Positions 13,226 to 25,453 of a stretch of DNA of 64,000 nt are shown one piece after another; positions within the stretch are counted from its first letter, which is position 1, and the number at the start of each line of letters is the position of its first letter. The notes under the pieces are model-generated. The model was not told the DNA's origin. It worked only from the letters and a program-made list of their open reading frames with translations, and did no database searches. The DNA comes from Octopus sinensis (taxonomy: Eukaryota): assembly GCF_006345805.1 (NCBI RefSeq), contig NC_043005.1, positions 106,206,001 through 106,270,000 of the forward strand. Reading direction: 5' to 3'. The position numbers were made by a program, and so were the translations under genes.

Positions 13226-13602
13226 AGAGTTTACGAAAAAAACAAAAGACGAAGACAGGTGGTGTACAAAACAAACAGATGTATTAGTATAACACTCAGG
13301 AATAGAGAAAGTCTTTTACATTTCGAGCCTACGCTCTTCTACAGAAAGGGACACAGAAAAAACAAGGAGAGAAACAAGGACAGAAAAAAAAAATATATAT
13401 GTATGTGTGTGTGTTTGTCCCCCTAGCATTGCTTGACAACTGATGCTGGTGTGTTTATGTACCCATCACTTAGTGGTTCGGCAAAAGAGACTGATAGAAT
13501 AAGTACTAGGCTTACAAAGAATAAGTCCTGGGGTTGATTTGCTCAACTAAAGGCTGTGTTCCAGCATGGCCACGGTCAAATGACTGAAGCAAGTAAAAGA
13601 GT
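13020..13602 (+). mobile_element. Family A SINE interrupted in its TA tract by a hammerhead-bearing element
   Basis: Head 13020-13190, insert 13222-13385, 3' half 13400-13602. Confidence 0.85.
13305..13352 (-). ncRNA. Minimal hammerhead-like motif (A6U core variant)
   Basis: CTTT-CTGTAGA-A-GAGC gtag GCTC-GAAA-TGT-A-AAAG. Confidence 0.45.
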
Positions 13603-13756
13603 AGTAAGTTTAAATTTACCATTATATCACAAAAACACTAGCATGCAACACTATATAAATGTTATGCATTGTTAATATATTCGTTTTTACAATATATAAA
13701 AGTTGTAGGTTGCTAACATATTTATTTAACAGTTTTTATAATCTATCAAATGATCA

Positions 13757-14177
13757 TTACCAGCGTCGCCTTCCTGGCACTTATGCCTGTGCTAGTAGGT
13801 TGCCAAGAGCACCATCCAAGTGTGATCGTTGCCAGAGCAGCCAACTGGCTTCCGTACCCGTGGCACGTAAAAGGCACCATTCAAGCGTGATTGTTACCAA
13901 CATCACTTGACTGGCACCTGTGCCGGTGGCACGTGTAAAAAGATTCGAGTGAGGTCATTGCCAGTACCACCTGACTGGCCCCCGTGCCTTTGGCATGTAA
14001 AAAGCACCCACTACACTCTCAGAGTGGTTGGCAATAGGAAGGGCATCCAACTGTAGAAACTCTGCCAGATCAAGATTGGAGCCTGGTGCAGCCATCTGGT
14101 TTGCCAGCCCTCAGTCAAAATCGTCCAACCCATGCTAGCATGGAAAGCGGACATTAAACGATGTTGATGATGATGAT
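13757..14177 (+). mobile_element. RTE 3' end
   Basis: Family UTR ending aaagcggacattaaacgatgttgatgatg. Confidence 0.85.
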
Positions 14178-14832
14178 CAAATATTTGTTGATTAAATTTA
14201 CCTCCGTATACGACTGGGGTGTTATTTTAACAACACCAGAAGGATGAAAGGATAAAAGTTTATCTCAGAAGGATTTGATCCATCAAAGTAAAAAGCTAGA
14301 TTGAATACTGCAAAGAGTTTTGTCTGATATGCTAGCAATTCTGCCATTTTTCTGCCACCCGAATCATACATCCCATAAAAAAATAATAAAGAAAAAATGG
14401 AAGGAAATACAGAAAGGAAAATAGAACCAAAACATGTCTTAAACAGAAAGAAGTTTACTGGAAGTAAATTTTATAATTTGAAACATCCACTGTCCAATAT
14501 ATTAAGATAGTAAAAATCAGCAACATCATCATCATCAGCTTACTGTTGACAACTTGTATATAAAACAGGACATTGAAGATATAAATATACATGAGTACAT
14601 GGAGCTAAATTCAACATTTCTAAATATATGTTGCAGACACAAAGATATGTTTCTGTTCAGTTTTATTATGGATAATTTGAGAATAAATCCTCTATAATAT
14701 CTGCAACATACTCCTCAATGTCTTGGAAGTTTTATTATGAATAAAAAAAAATCTCAGAGGTTTTGAAAAAAACGATCATAAACACACGTGCACACATGTG
14801 TATGTCTCTGTATATGTGTGTGTTTGAATGAG

Positions 14833-14864
<32 letters not shown>

Positions 14865-15256
14865 CATAAACTCAGTACCCTGAAATATATTTATAAAAAA
14901 TGTCTCAGAGTTTCATTACAAAGCCAGAATTTTATGCTTTGTACATAAATATACTTCAGTACAGTCTTTAATATTAGAGTATACACACATATATGCATTC
15001 ATATATATATGTGTATATATATATATTATATATATATATAATATATATATATATATACACACACACATATATAATTATGTTATATGGATTGATAAGAATC
15101 GAGGCACATCAACTCATAGGACGCCAGAAATGGCTAGATACAATACAAAGAGCTCACACCATTCATGTTTACTTTTTATGCATACATATATGTATAAATA
15201 AAATATGAATATATATATATACATATAAACACAGACACACACACACACACACACAG

Positions 15257-15313
<57 letters not shown>

Positions 15314-15347
15314 AGATATATATATAGATATATATATATATAGATAT

Positions 15348-15388
<41 letters not shown>

Positions 15389-16414
15389 CACATATATATG
15401 TATATATAAGAAATTGAGATGACATAAACGGTTATGTTATTAGTTTACAGTTGTTTCTGCTACGAGATGCAGTGGACTCATAGTTGAGTACCTGAATAAC
15501 ACCTAATAACTTCATTGAAACCTCAAATAAGAAGTACAATGGCATCATGTAGCAGAAACAACTCTAAGCTAATGAAGTTCATAAGATAATTGTTATTTTG
15601 TCATCTCATTTTTGTATTAGTACTCTGTACTCAACTAATACTTCATGCTGAGGCATACATATATTGAGTTCTACACCAGATTACTTACAGCAACCTAAGC
15701 AAAATGTATATATATATATAGGAAATGACGAAAGACTGAGACGTCTGTGATATGCTGTGACTGTGAAGACCCAACAAGTGAAGTGAGTTCATGGCGCACA
15801 GGACGGCCTGCTGTGCTAACCTTGGATCGTAGAGTGACCCGCTATGCTTGAGGAGACCTATTGAGTCAGGTACGTCAACATCAACATCAAAATAAAAATC
15901 CAATGGAAATTGTAGTTAAGATGCCAGTGGCATGTAAATAGCACCATCCGAAAATTGGTTAATCAAGGATTATTTGAAAACAAAGAATGCAGAAATTATT
16001 AGACAGAAATGGACTGAAGAAATTTCAAAGACCAATTCCATCGAGATTAACAGCTTACAGAATACATGGCAAATTTGAGCACACGGAGTCCTTCTGCTTT
16101 GCAGAGAAATGTGGTCAACTGGTCAGTGTTACCATGGAAGAAAATGAAATGCTCACAGCTCAAACAGTCACTCAAAGTCCCCAGAAATAATAAAAAATGA
16201 CTTACAATAAACTAAGCATTTACTGCAGATCTCTTACTCAACATCATCATCATCATCATCATCATCATCGTTTAACGTCCGCTTTCCATGCTAGCATGGG
16301 TTGGACATATATTGCTTATTCGAAAACTGAAATAGAGAAATGAAAAGAACATTCCACTTATATAAAGCAACTGAATATATATATGTATATATGTATATAT
16401 ATATATATATATAC

Positions 16415-16727
16415 AAAATCAAAATAAGGGGGAAAAAATTGGATATTAATTTAATAACATCAATTTAACACCAAGTGGTTTAGCGCATAAAAAACTGAGA
16501 TTCAGTAAATATTAGTACACAAATATGAGAGAGAATCCACTATGTGGACGCTCTTATGCTAAAAATAGATCCGCAATGGTCTCAAAAACTAAGAATTGTT
16601 CTCATAGAATTGTTCATAGTTGTGCTAAATTTTTCTTGAGAACAATTCTTAGTGGTTGAGACCATTGCGGATCTATTTTTAGCGTAAGAACGTCCACATA
16701 GTGGATTCTCTCTCATATTTGTGTACT
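16415..16727. mobile_element. TA-flanked foldback element, 91-bp arms with 32-bp spacer
   Basis: 16514-16604 is a near-perfect reverse complement of 16637-16727. Confidence 0.8.
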
Positions 16728-16763
16728 ATATATATAGAGAGAGAGATACATATATATACATAC

Positions 16764-16795
<32 letters not shown>

Positions 16796-17324
16796 GTGTG
16801 TGTGTTGTGTGTGTGTGTGTGTGTGTGTGTGTAATTAGTAAAGGATTTCTCCAAACGTTTACCAGTTTTCTCACAGTTATTTAATATAGGTTATTCAATG
16901 GTTAGTATATAAATCCAGTAATAATTCTTATGTGATAAGAATTCAGAGATATATTCCATTAGATTATTCCAAATATATTACCTTTAACCATATAGGTTTC
17001 CTGAAATATTTAATATCAATAATAATAATGATAACAACAACAATGGCAACAGCAACAACGATAATAATAACTAGCTGGACCCACGCAAAATTCACAGAAA
17101 ATAGAAAAAAATGTGAACATCTGTAAATTGTGTGCTGGTGACATGAGAAATGTTTCTATACTGTGATAGTTACAGAATATAGTAAGAAGTGTAAAACCGA
17201 TAACTATATAATCCAGCCAAAATATCACGTTAATTATATATATATAGTACGTTTAAATATTTATATATATACCCATGCTAGCATGGAGAACGGACGTTAA
17301 ACGATGATGATGATATATATATAT

Positions 17325-17940
17325 ATACGTAAATATAAGAGAGTGACCACTATGTGGTCGACTCTAGCACTAAAAATAGATCCGCTACGGTTTCAGCCAC
17401 AAAGAATTGTTTCCGATGAAAGTTAACACAACTATTAGCGTAAATGAACAGGGCAAAATAAAATTTTTGATGTAGTATCTGTTTCCGTGAATTTTGGCGG
17501 GGGCACTTGAATTATAATGGCGAATGCAATCGACTGAACCACATGTGTGTTTATCGTTATGGTAAAATCTGGCAGGCGGTTCAATAAATTGTATTCTAGA
17601 CAAATTCAGCTGAGGAGCTACAGATATGTTATGTGAGTAAAATTACATAATTTATTAATAGCAAAACAATTGTCCTGAATTATTCTGCATTTTTGTTATT
17701 TTTTATTTTGCCCTGTTCGTTTACACTAATAGTTGTGCTAACTTTCATCGGAAACAATTCTTCATGGCTGAAACCGTAGCGGATCTATTTTTAGTGCTAG
17801 AGTCGACCACATAGTGGTCACTCTCTTATATTTACGTATAAAATTTATTGTATTCCTGGTTTTTATGCACTAAGCCACTTGGTGTTAAATTGATGGTACT
17901 ATTAAATTAGTATCCAATTTTCTCACCCTTATTAGTTGAT
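17325..17940. mobile_element. TA-flanked foldback element, ~139-bp arms with ~237-bp spacer
   Basis: 17325-17463 is a near-perfect reverse complement of 17701-17839; same family as 16415 element, opposite orientation. Confidence 0.8.
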
Positions 17941-17974
17941 TATATATATATATATATATATATATGTTTTATCT

Positions 17975-18205
17975 TCTATCTTTTATCTTTTACCTGTTGT
18001 AAGTCATTAGACTGCGGCCATGCTGGGGCACCACCTTGAATTTTTAGTCGAATGAATCCACCTCAGTACTTATTTTTTAAGCTTGGTAATTATTCTATCC
18101 ATCTCTTTTTGCTGAACTGCTGAGTTACAGGCATTTAAACACACCAACACCAGTTGTCAAGTGGTGATGGGGGAACAACCACAGACACACACATAGATAT
18201 ATATA

Positions 18206-18242
<37 letters not shown>

Positions 18243-18400
18243 GACAAGCTTCTTTCAGTTTCTGTCTACCAAATTCACTCAGAAGGCTTTGCTTAGCTGA
18301 GGCTATAGTAGAAGAAACTTGTCCAAAGTGCCATGCAGTGGGACTGAACCTGGAACCACATGGTTGGGAAGCAAGTGTGTTTACCACGCAGCCACACTTT
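17975..18400 (-). mobile_element. Family A SINE
   Basis: Matches family head and tail. Confidence 0.85.
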
Positions 18401-18621
18401 GCATATATATAATGTGTGTGTGTATGTGCGTATGGTTGAAGTTTAGTAGGATAACATGGTAACACCATTAGTAGGATAGGTAAGGAGAAAGAGGAAAAGA
18501 AGAGGATAAAATAAAGTAAAATAAAATGAAATACAATAAGATTTGGCAGAGTGATAGGAATTGTCTGTGATAGGCTGATGGACATAAAAATTTTAAATGT
18601 TTGTGGATTTCAAAGCTTTAA

Positions 18622-18995
18622 AGGTGTAGGAGTGGCTGTGCGGTAAGTAGCTTGCTTACCAACCACATGGTTCCAGGTTCAGTCCCACTGCGTGGCACCT
18701 TGGGCAAATGTCTTCTACTATAGCCCCGGGCTGACCAATGCCTTGTGAGTGGATTTGGTAGACGGAAACTGAAAGAAGCATATATATATGCATGTGTGTG
18801 TTTGTGTGTTTGTGTTTGTCACCCTAGCATTTCTTGACAACCGTTACTTAGCGGTTCGGCAAAAGAGACCGATAGAATAAGTACTGGGCTTACAAAAGAA
18901 TAAGTCCCAGGGTCGATTTGCTCGACTAAAGGCGGTGCTCCAGCATGGCTGCAGTCAAATGACTGAAACAAGTAAAAGAGTAAAAGAGTAAAGAG
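18622..18995 (+). mobile_element. Family A SINE
   Basis: Matches family head and tail. Confidence 0.9.
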
Positions 18996-19088
18996 TAAAG
19001 GTTCAAAGGTATAAAAGTTTAAAAGTTTAAAATTGTGTAAAGTTTTGTGTCTGGGGAGAGTCATTATGCCACTATTATTAACACACAC

Positions 19089-19305
19089 ACTGGTTCAATT
19101 CTGCTCTTTTATTATTAGTCAATTGGCTAAAAAGCCAACAATAACTAGTTGGTTGTTTTTTTTATTTGGTTAATCAGTAAGTCATTTGTTTTGTTTTTGT
19201 TTGTTGAAGCTATTTACAACCTTTTCAATGAATGTTAACTTAGTCCGTTAGTTAGTTGGATATTTAACCAGCTGACTAATAATGAAGGTGCGGAATTGGA
19301 CCAAT
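19089..19305. mobile_element. Small MITE with ~58-bp imperfect TIRs
   Basis: 19089-19148 inverted relative to 19249-19305. Confidence 0.6.
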
Positions 19306-19499
19306 GCATATGTTGATAATATTGGGCATAATGATTCTCCCTAGACACAACAAAATTTGCTTCAACACTCAAATTCACATAAAGAATCTTACAAACCAGA
19401 TACAAAAACGAAGATTTATAAGAAGTTAATAGATATAGTAGTAGATAGGTAGAGATTTAAAATAGACACACACATTGATCACTTAGTCAATCATTTGAT

Positions 19500-19695
<196 letters not shown>

Positions 19696-20789
19696 ATGTA
19701 AATAAATAGACATCTAGATAAATACAGCTACATAGTGCAGTAGGTAGATAAAACGATATCTATCTACCTGTTGGTCGCTCTGTCTATCTATCTGTCTATT
19801 GACTTATCTATTTGTCTATCAATTGATTGATCAAGTGATCGATCTATCTGTCAGTCTATTTATCTATCAATCTCTTTGCTTTTATACCTACTTCTATATC
19901 AATAAACCTTTTGTACAATTTTAAACTTTTAAGCTTCTATATTCGCAAACCTTTAAAGCTTTTATATCCATAAAATTTTAAAATATTTTATTTCCATCAA
20001 CCTATCGCAGAAAATTAAACCTCCTTCATCTCTAGAACATTTTATTGCATTTTATATTGTTTTACTTTATTTTCTTTCATTTTCCTCTTATGTTTTATCT
20101 TGTTTTACCTAACTTTATTTGATTTGATTTAATATTCTTTCTTTCATCTTACTTCTTATGTATCGTACTAACAACATTAACCCCTGTTACATATATATAT
20201 ATATATTTATATATATATATATTTATATATATATATATAAATGCATTTGTATACACAGGTGCGGTAAGTAGCTTGCTTACCAACCACATGGTCCCGGGTT
20301 CAGTCCCACTGCATGGCACCTTAGGCAGGTGTCTTCTACTAGAGATTCTACTAGAGTAGATGTAAGTGCTAATATATGATTTATCAAAACATGTGATATA
20401 TTAATAAAAAATCTGTAAATGTACAACCATCCAGATTTCTGAGTACCTTATTTTTTCTTATATATATATAGGCAATTCATGACCTGCTAGACATTAGCTC
20501 AGAGTTTCATAGGTACAAAAGAACATGTTAAATCAATTGACTGATTGCTTCCGTGCCTCTGATACTGTGTGATGACTGTCTTAGCCATTAACTACCTACC
20601 TACAAATATATACTCTCCATGATGTATACAATGCACTTCTCTTTCACTTGTATACATAAACATATGTGCATTTATGTGTGCACATATATAAATTTATACA
20701 TATATGCACATGTGTGTGTATACTTCCTCATGCTAGGTTCACTACAAAAGAAAAATAAATAAATTGAACAGCCACAAAAACCATCCTTA

Positions 20790-20790
20790 A

Positions 20791-20824
<34 letters not shown>

Positions 20825-21220
20825 GTTGTTATTATTATTATCATTATTTTAATTTTTATTATTTTTATTATTATTATTATTATTATTGTTATCATTATTT
20901 TTATTACTATTTTTATTATTATTATTATTGTTATCATTATTTTTATTATTATTATTTTTATTATTATTATTATTGTTATCATTATTTTTATTATTATCAT
21001 TTTTATTATTATTATTTTTATTATTATTATTTTTATTATTATTATTATTTTTATTTTTATTTTATTATTATTATTATTATCATTATTTTTATTATTATTA
21101 TTTTTATTATTATTATTATCATTATTTTTATTATTATTATTTTTATTATTATTATTATTGTTATTGTTATTATTATTATCATTATTTTATTATTATTATT
21201 ATCATTATTATTATTATTTA
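20790..21220 (+). repeat. Compound (ATT)n array with higher-order variants
   Basis: Direct reading. Confidence 0.95.
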
Positions 21221-21472
21221 CTGGCTCACATTGAAAATAATTGTAAATGCAGCTATTTGGCACCAGAATTACAATGTGGATTTCAAAATCTGTAACAGGA
21301 AAAAGATAAAGTATATATAATATTTATTAAAAATGTTCCATTTTGATTTCCTTATGACAAATACTCCCACCTACGTATTGTGTCATATATGTTAGACACA
21401 GGAAATGCTTCAAAATGTATTTTTTGTCAAGCTGTATGCCTATCTGTTTATCCACCTACCAACTGACCTCTA

Positions 21473-22067
21473 TCTGTATGTATGTATGTACATACGTACG
21501 TATGTATGTATGTATGTATGTATGTATGTATGGATGTATGTATGTATGTATGTATGTATGTATGTATGCATTGTATGTATGTATTGTATGTATGTATGTA
21601 TGTATGTATGTACGTACGTATGTATGTATGTACGTATGTATATATGTATGTATGTACGTATGTATGTATGTATGTATGTATGTATGTATGTACGTACGTA
21701 TGTATGTATGTACGTATGTATATATGTATGTATGTATATATGTATGTATGTATGTACGTACGTATGTATGTATGTATGTATGTACGTATGTATATATGTA
21801 TGTATGTATGTAGTATGTACGTATGTAGTATGTATATATGTATGTATTATGTATGTATGTACGTATGTATGTATGTATGTATGTATGTATGTATGTACGT
21901 ACGTATGTATGTATGTACGTATGTATATATGTATGTATGTATATATGTATGTATGTATGTACGTACGTATGTATGTATGTATGTATGTACGTATGTATAT
22001 ATGTATGTATGTATGTATGTATGTACGTATGTATATATGTATATATGTATGTATGTATGTACGTATG

Positions 22068-22101
<34 letters not shown>

Positions 22102-22123
22102 TATATGTATGTATGTACGTATG

Positions 22124-22154
<31 letters not shown>

Positions 22155-22160
22155 ACATAT
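21473..22160 (+). repeat. ~690-bp (TATG)n array with TACG/TATA variants
   Basis: Direct reading; source of the 289- and 323-aa MYVC ORFs. Confidence 0.95.
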
Positions 22161-22559
22161 ATTTATGTATGTATCACTATTTTTCTGTCTCTATCTTTAT
22201 CTCTTTCTCTTTCACCATATGTGTGTGTGTGTATGTGTGTATGCAGGTATGCGTGTATGTATGTGTATGTGTGATTTTGTATACGTATGCGTCCTCTTTT
22301 AGCCTTTCTATTGAAATTGCTTTGGTGACAAATAGTTACATTTACAATTATTTACTGTTTACACTGAATAAACATGTGTATACGTGGGTTTTTTTTCTCT
22401 GTGTGTGTGTGTATTTAAAGGAGCCTGTTTGTTACATATGTGTTTATTGGTAAACATATGTGTGTTTGTGCTCATCAAACACAAACTATGTGTGATTGTC
22501 GGTTTTTTTAGATATGTACATCTGTCACCAGAAGTAAAACTTACATTAAATTGTTTCAG

Positions 22560-22960
22560 TGTGAATTCTTTTGGGTGTTGTTTAAAAAATGTTAAAGATA
22601 AACTATTCCCACATATTTTACAGTTATAAGGTTTTTCTCCAGTGAGATGGCGCTTGTGGATAACAAATTTTGAAATCTCAATGAAAGATTTCCCACATAA
22701 TTCAGCGAAATGGTTTTGCTCCACTGCTTATTCTTTTGTGTTTTGTTAAAACATTGTTATAGATAAAATATTTTCCACATATCTCAGACTGGAATGCTCT
22801 TCCTCCTATTGTGTATTTCTTTGTGAAAGATGACTTCATATTTTGACAAGAATGTTTTCCTACAAACCTCACACTGACATTCAGCAATATATATGTCTAA
22901 AGGGTTTTGTTAAGTAAATATCTTACTGTGTAAAGGTTTCCCATCACAACATTATTGTCA
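22560..22960 (-). pseudogene. Decayed C2H2 zinc-finger array (about 4 fingers)
   Basis: CEVCRKTFLSKYEVIFHKEIH, SEICGKYF...[21 protein letters not shown]...[20 protein letters not shown]; frameshifts and lost Cys/His ligands. Confidence 0.8.
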
Positions 22961-23411
22961 AGCTGGTTGGCTATCTTTTAGTTAAGAGACCCCAAAATCT
23001 CTTACACTTAAACTTTGCAATACCCATCAAAAAATCCCACGGTCAGACATTGAAGATAGCTGGTCTGCATATTGAGAATCCTTATTTCTCATATAGTCTG
23101 TGATACATCTTGGATGTTCCAGTGTTGGATGGCTGAAAAATCCTTATGTCAGTATTCAGGAAGGGAAAAAAATGCATAAAGATTATTTATCAGGAAACCT
23201 TTCACAGAGATCTGATTACCTGTATTTTAAGAGAACCATATATTTTTGTTACAGAGAATATAATGGTGTTACTTTTACAAATAATAAATTTATAAGAGAA
23301 ATACAATGATTATTCTTTAAGAAATTGACCACCAACTGCATCATCTCCTTCCTGAGCAATGTGAGATATCAGAAGAGTTGTGTGTGAGTGTATGTGTGCA
23401 TATATGTATGT

Positions 23412-23478
<67 letters not shown>

Positions 23479-23508
23479 TATGTATATGTCTGTGTGTGTG
23501 TATGTCTC

Positions 23509-23554
<46 letters not shown>

Positions 23555-23560
23555 ATATAT

Positions 23561-23972
23561 ACTCTTTTACTCTTTTACTTGTTTCTGTCATTTGACTGCA
23601 GCCATGCTGGAGCACTGCCTTTAGTCGAGCAAATCGACCCTGGCACTTATTCTTTGTAAGCCCAGTACTTATTCTATCAGTCTCTTTTGCCGAACCGCTA
23701 AGTGACGGGGACGTAAACACACCAGCATCGGTTGTCAAGCAATGCTAGGGGGACAAACACAGACACACAAACATATACACACACACTTATATATATATAC
23801 ATATATACAACAGGCTTCTTTCAGTTTCCGTCTACCAAATCCACTCACAAGGCATTGGTCGGCCCGGGGCTCTAGCAGAAGACACTTGCCCAAGATGCCA
23901 AGCAGTGGGACTGAACCCGGAACCATGTGGTTGGTTAGCAAGCTACTTACCACACAGCCACTCCTGCGCCTA
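23561..23972 (-). mobile_element. Family A SINE, full length
   Basis: Matches family head and tail. Confidence 0.9.
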
Positions 23973-24329
23973 ATAATAGAAATATGTTTCAAAAAGGAAA
24001 TAGAAACTACATGTGGAAAAGATATGAGGAAAGTAAGAACAAAAGAAGTGAAATGCACATTGGATATCAAAAAAATAAAGGCATTTTTATGAAAAGTAAT
24101 GATAGATATATATAATTAGATGAACTGAGGTAGAATTAAGAGGAATAAAAGTCATTATTATGAATTGTTAAAGGGATTCAAAGTCATACCAGTTTCATCA
24201 ATTACTGTTCACTGGCTTTGAATGTGTACCAATTACCAAACAGTGTTGGGACTACTAGTCCCTGAGTATATATAAATCATCTGACATGATAAACAGCATG
24301 GAAATATGACTAGAGATCCCACATGCTCA

Positions 24330-24680
24330 TATATATTCAAATGATTAATTTCTGGAAAGTTTTACAGATTTTTACAGTTCCAGTAATTGGTCTGTAGTCT
24401 TCAAATTAGCTTTCTCCTTTCTGGTTTTGAGAAACCTGATTTCTTAAGATGAGTATTTAGGCAGTGTTACATATCCTGGGGCCCCAATAATTACAGGAAT
24501 AAACACGAACTTGTAATCTGGATAGAGTAACTGCAGATTTCTCAATAGTTCAGCATAGGTATTCTCTTTTACCGTGATCTTCAGCTTTATATTAACACCT
24601 GCTGGGCAGCTGATTTCTGCAACTGTATGCAGTTTCTCTTTATTGCATAACAGCTTCAAATTGTCTTCATGTCCCAATTA
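24330..24680 (-). pseudogene. Restriction-like endonuclease domain fragment of an R4/Dong-type non-LTR retrotransposon
   Basis: TVAEISCPAGVNIKLKITVKENTYAELLRNLQLLYPDYKFVFIPVIIGAPGYV fits the PD-(D/E)xK RLE pattern (EISCP.D.N...EK..Y...PVIIGALG). Confidence 0.7.
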
Positions 24681-25152
24681 CATTTTACAAACTAGTCAGC
24701 TTTGATTAGCATATTTTAGTAAGATGTGTTCGAAGTTCTGTTATAGTCATCTCCTTCAATATGGAATTAAAAATTGGCAGATCAGCTTATGAGATATATA
24801 TCAATGACATACTAACATATCAATAATCTGGAACAGTTATAATTGCTTCTTCTAAAAAAGTTTTAAAACTTCTGCAACTCATCTCATGACAACATTATTT
24901 GCAAGCTTAGAAAGGGCGGTGCAATCAGGTTATACTGGAAACTGCAAAGAAAACTCAGAGACTATCAAAATCTGTGAATTATTCAGAAATTTAAATGGTT
25001 TCTCCCAATGTGTAAACTTTCACACCAGTGTTGTAATTTCAGGATTTATCATAAAAAAATTAAAAATCAGAATAGGTAAGTTATACATAAAATTAAGTAC
25101 TTCATAAATTTAGCAATAAAACACACACATATATACATGTACATATACAAAA

Positions 25153-25201
<49 letters not shown>

Positions 25202-25325
25202 TATATATATACACACACATATATATATACACATATATACCGGAGTAAACACATAAATGTGAAACAAGGTGGAAAAAAGAGTACTCAAATACCAGTGGTA
25301 GAGTAATATGCTTTATTTAAAGCAG

Positions 25326-25375
25326 CAAAAACTGTCCGACGAACGGCAACGTGAAACTCAGAGTAACAGGTTTTG
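25326..25375 (+). ncRNA. Type I hammerhead-like ribozyme (U4C core variant)
   Basis: CAAAAACTGT-CCGACGA-ACG gcaa CGT-GAA-ACTC a GAGT-A-ACAGGTTTTG; all three stems pair; predicted cleavage after 25365. Confidence 0.65.
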
Positions 25376-25411
25376 TTGAATTTTCTGCTGCTTTAAATAA
25401 AGTATACACAC

Positions 25412-25453
<42 letters not shown>

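Noticed and set aside
15689-15694. 6-nt minus-strand microexon (GTTGCT|gtaagt)
   Set aside because: Acceptor tract is short and backed by (TA)n; expected by chance at this AT content
21405-22453. 289-aa and 323-aa ORFs
   Set aside because: Translations of a (TATG)n array; the same applies to the YI-, HT-, CV-, poly-S/L/M/I ORFs throughout the track
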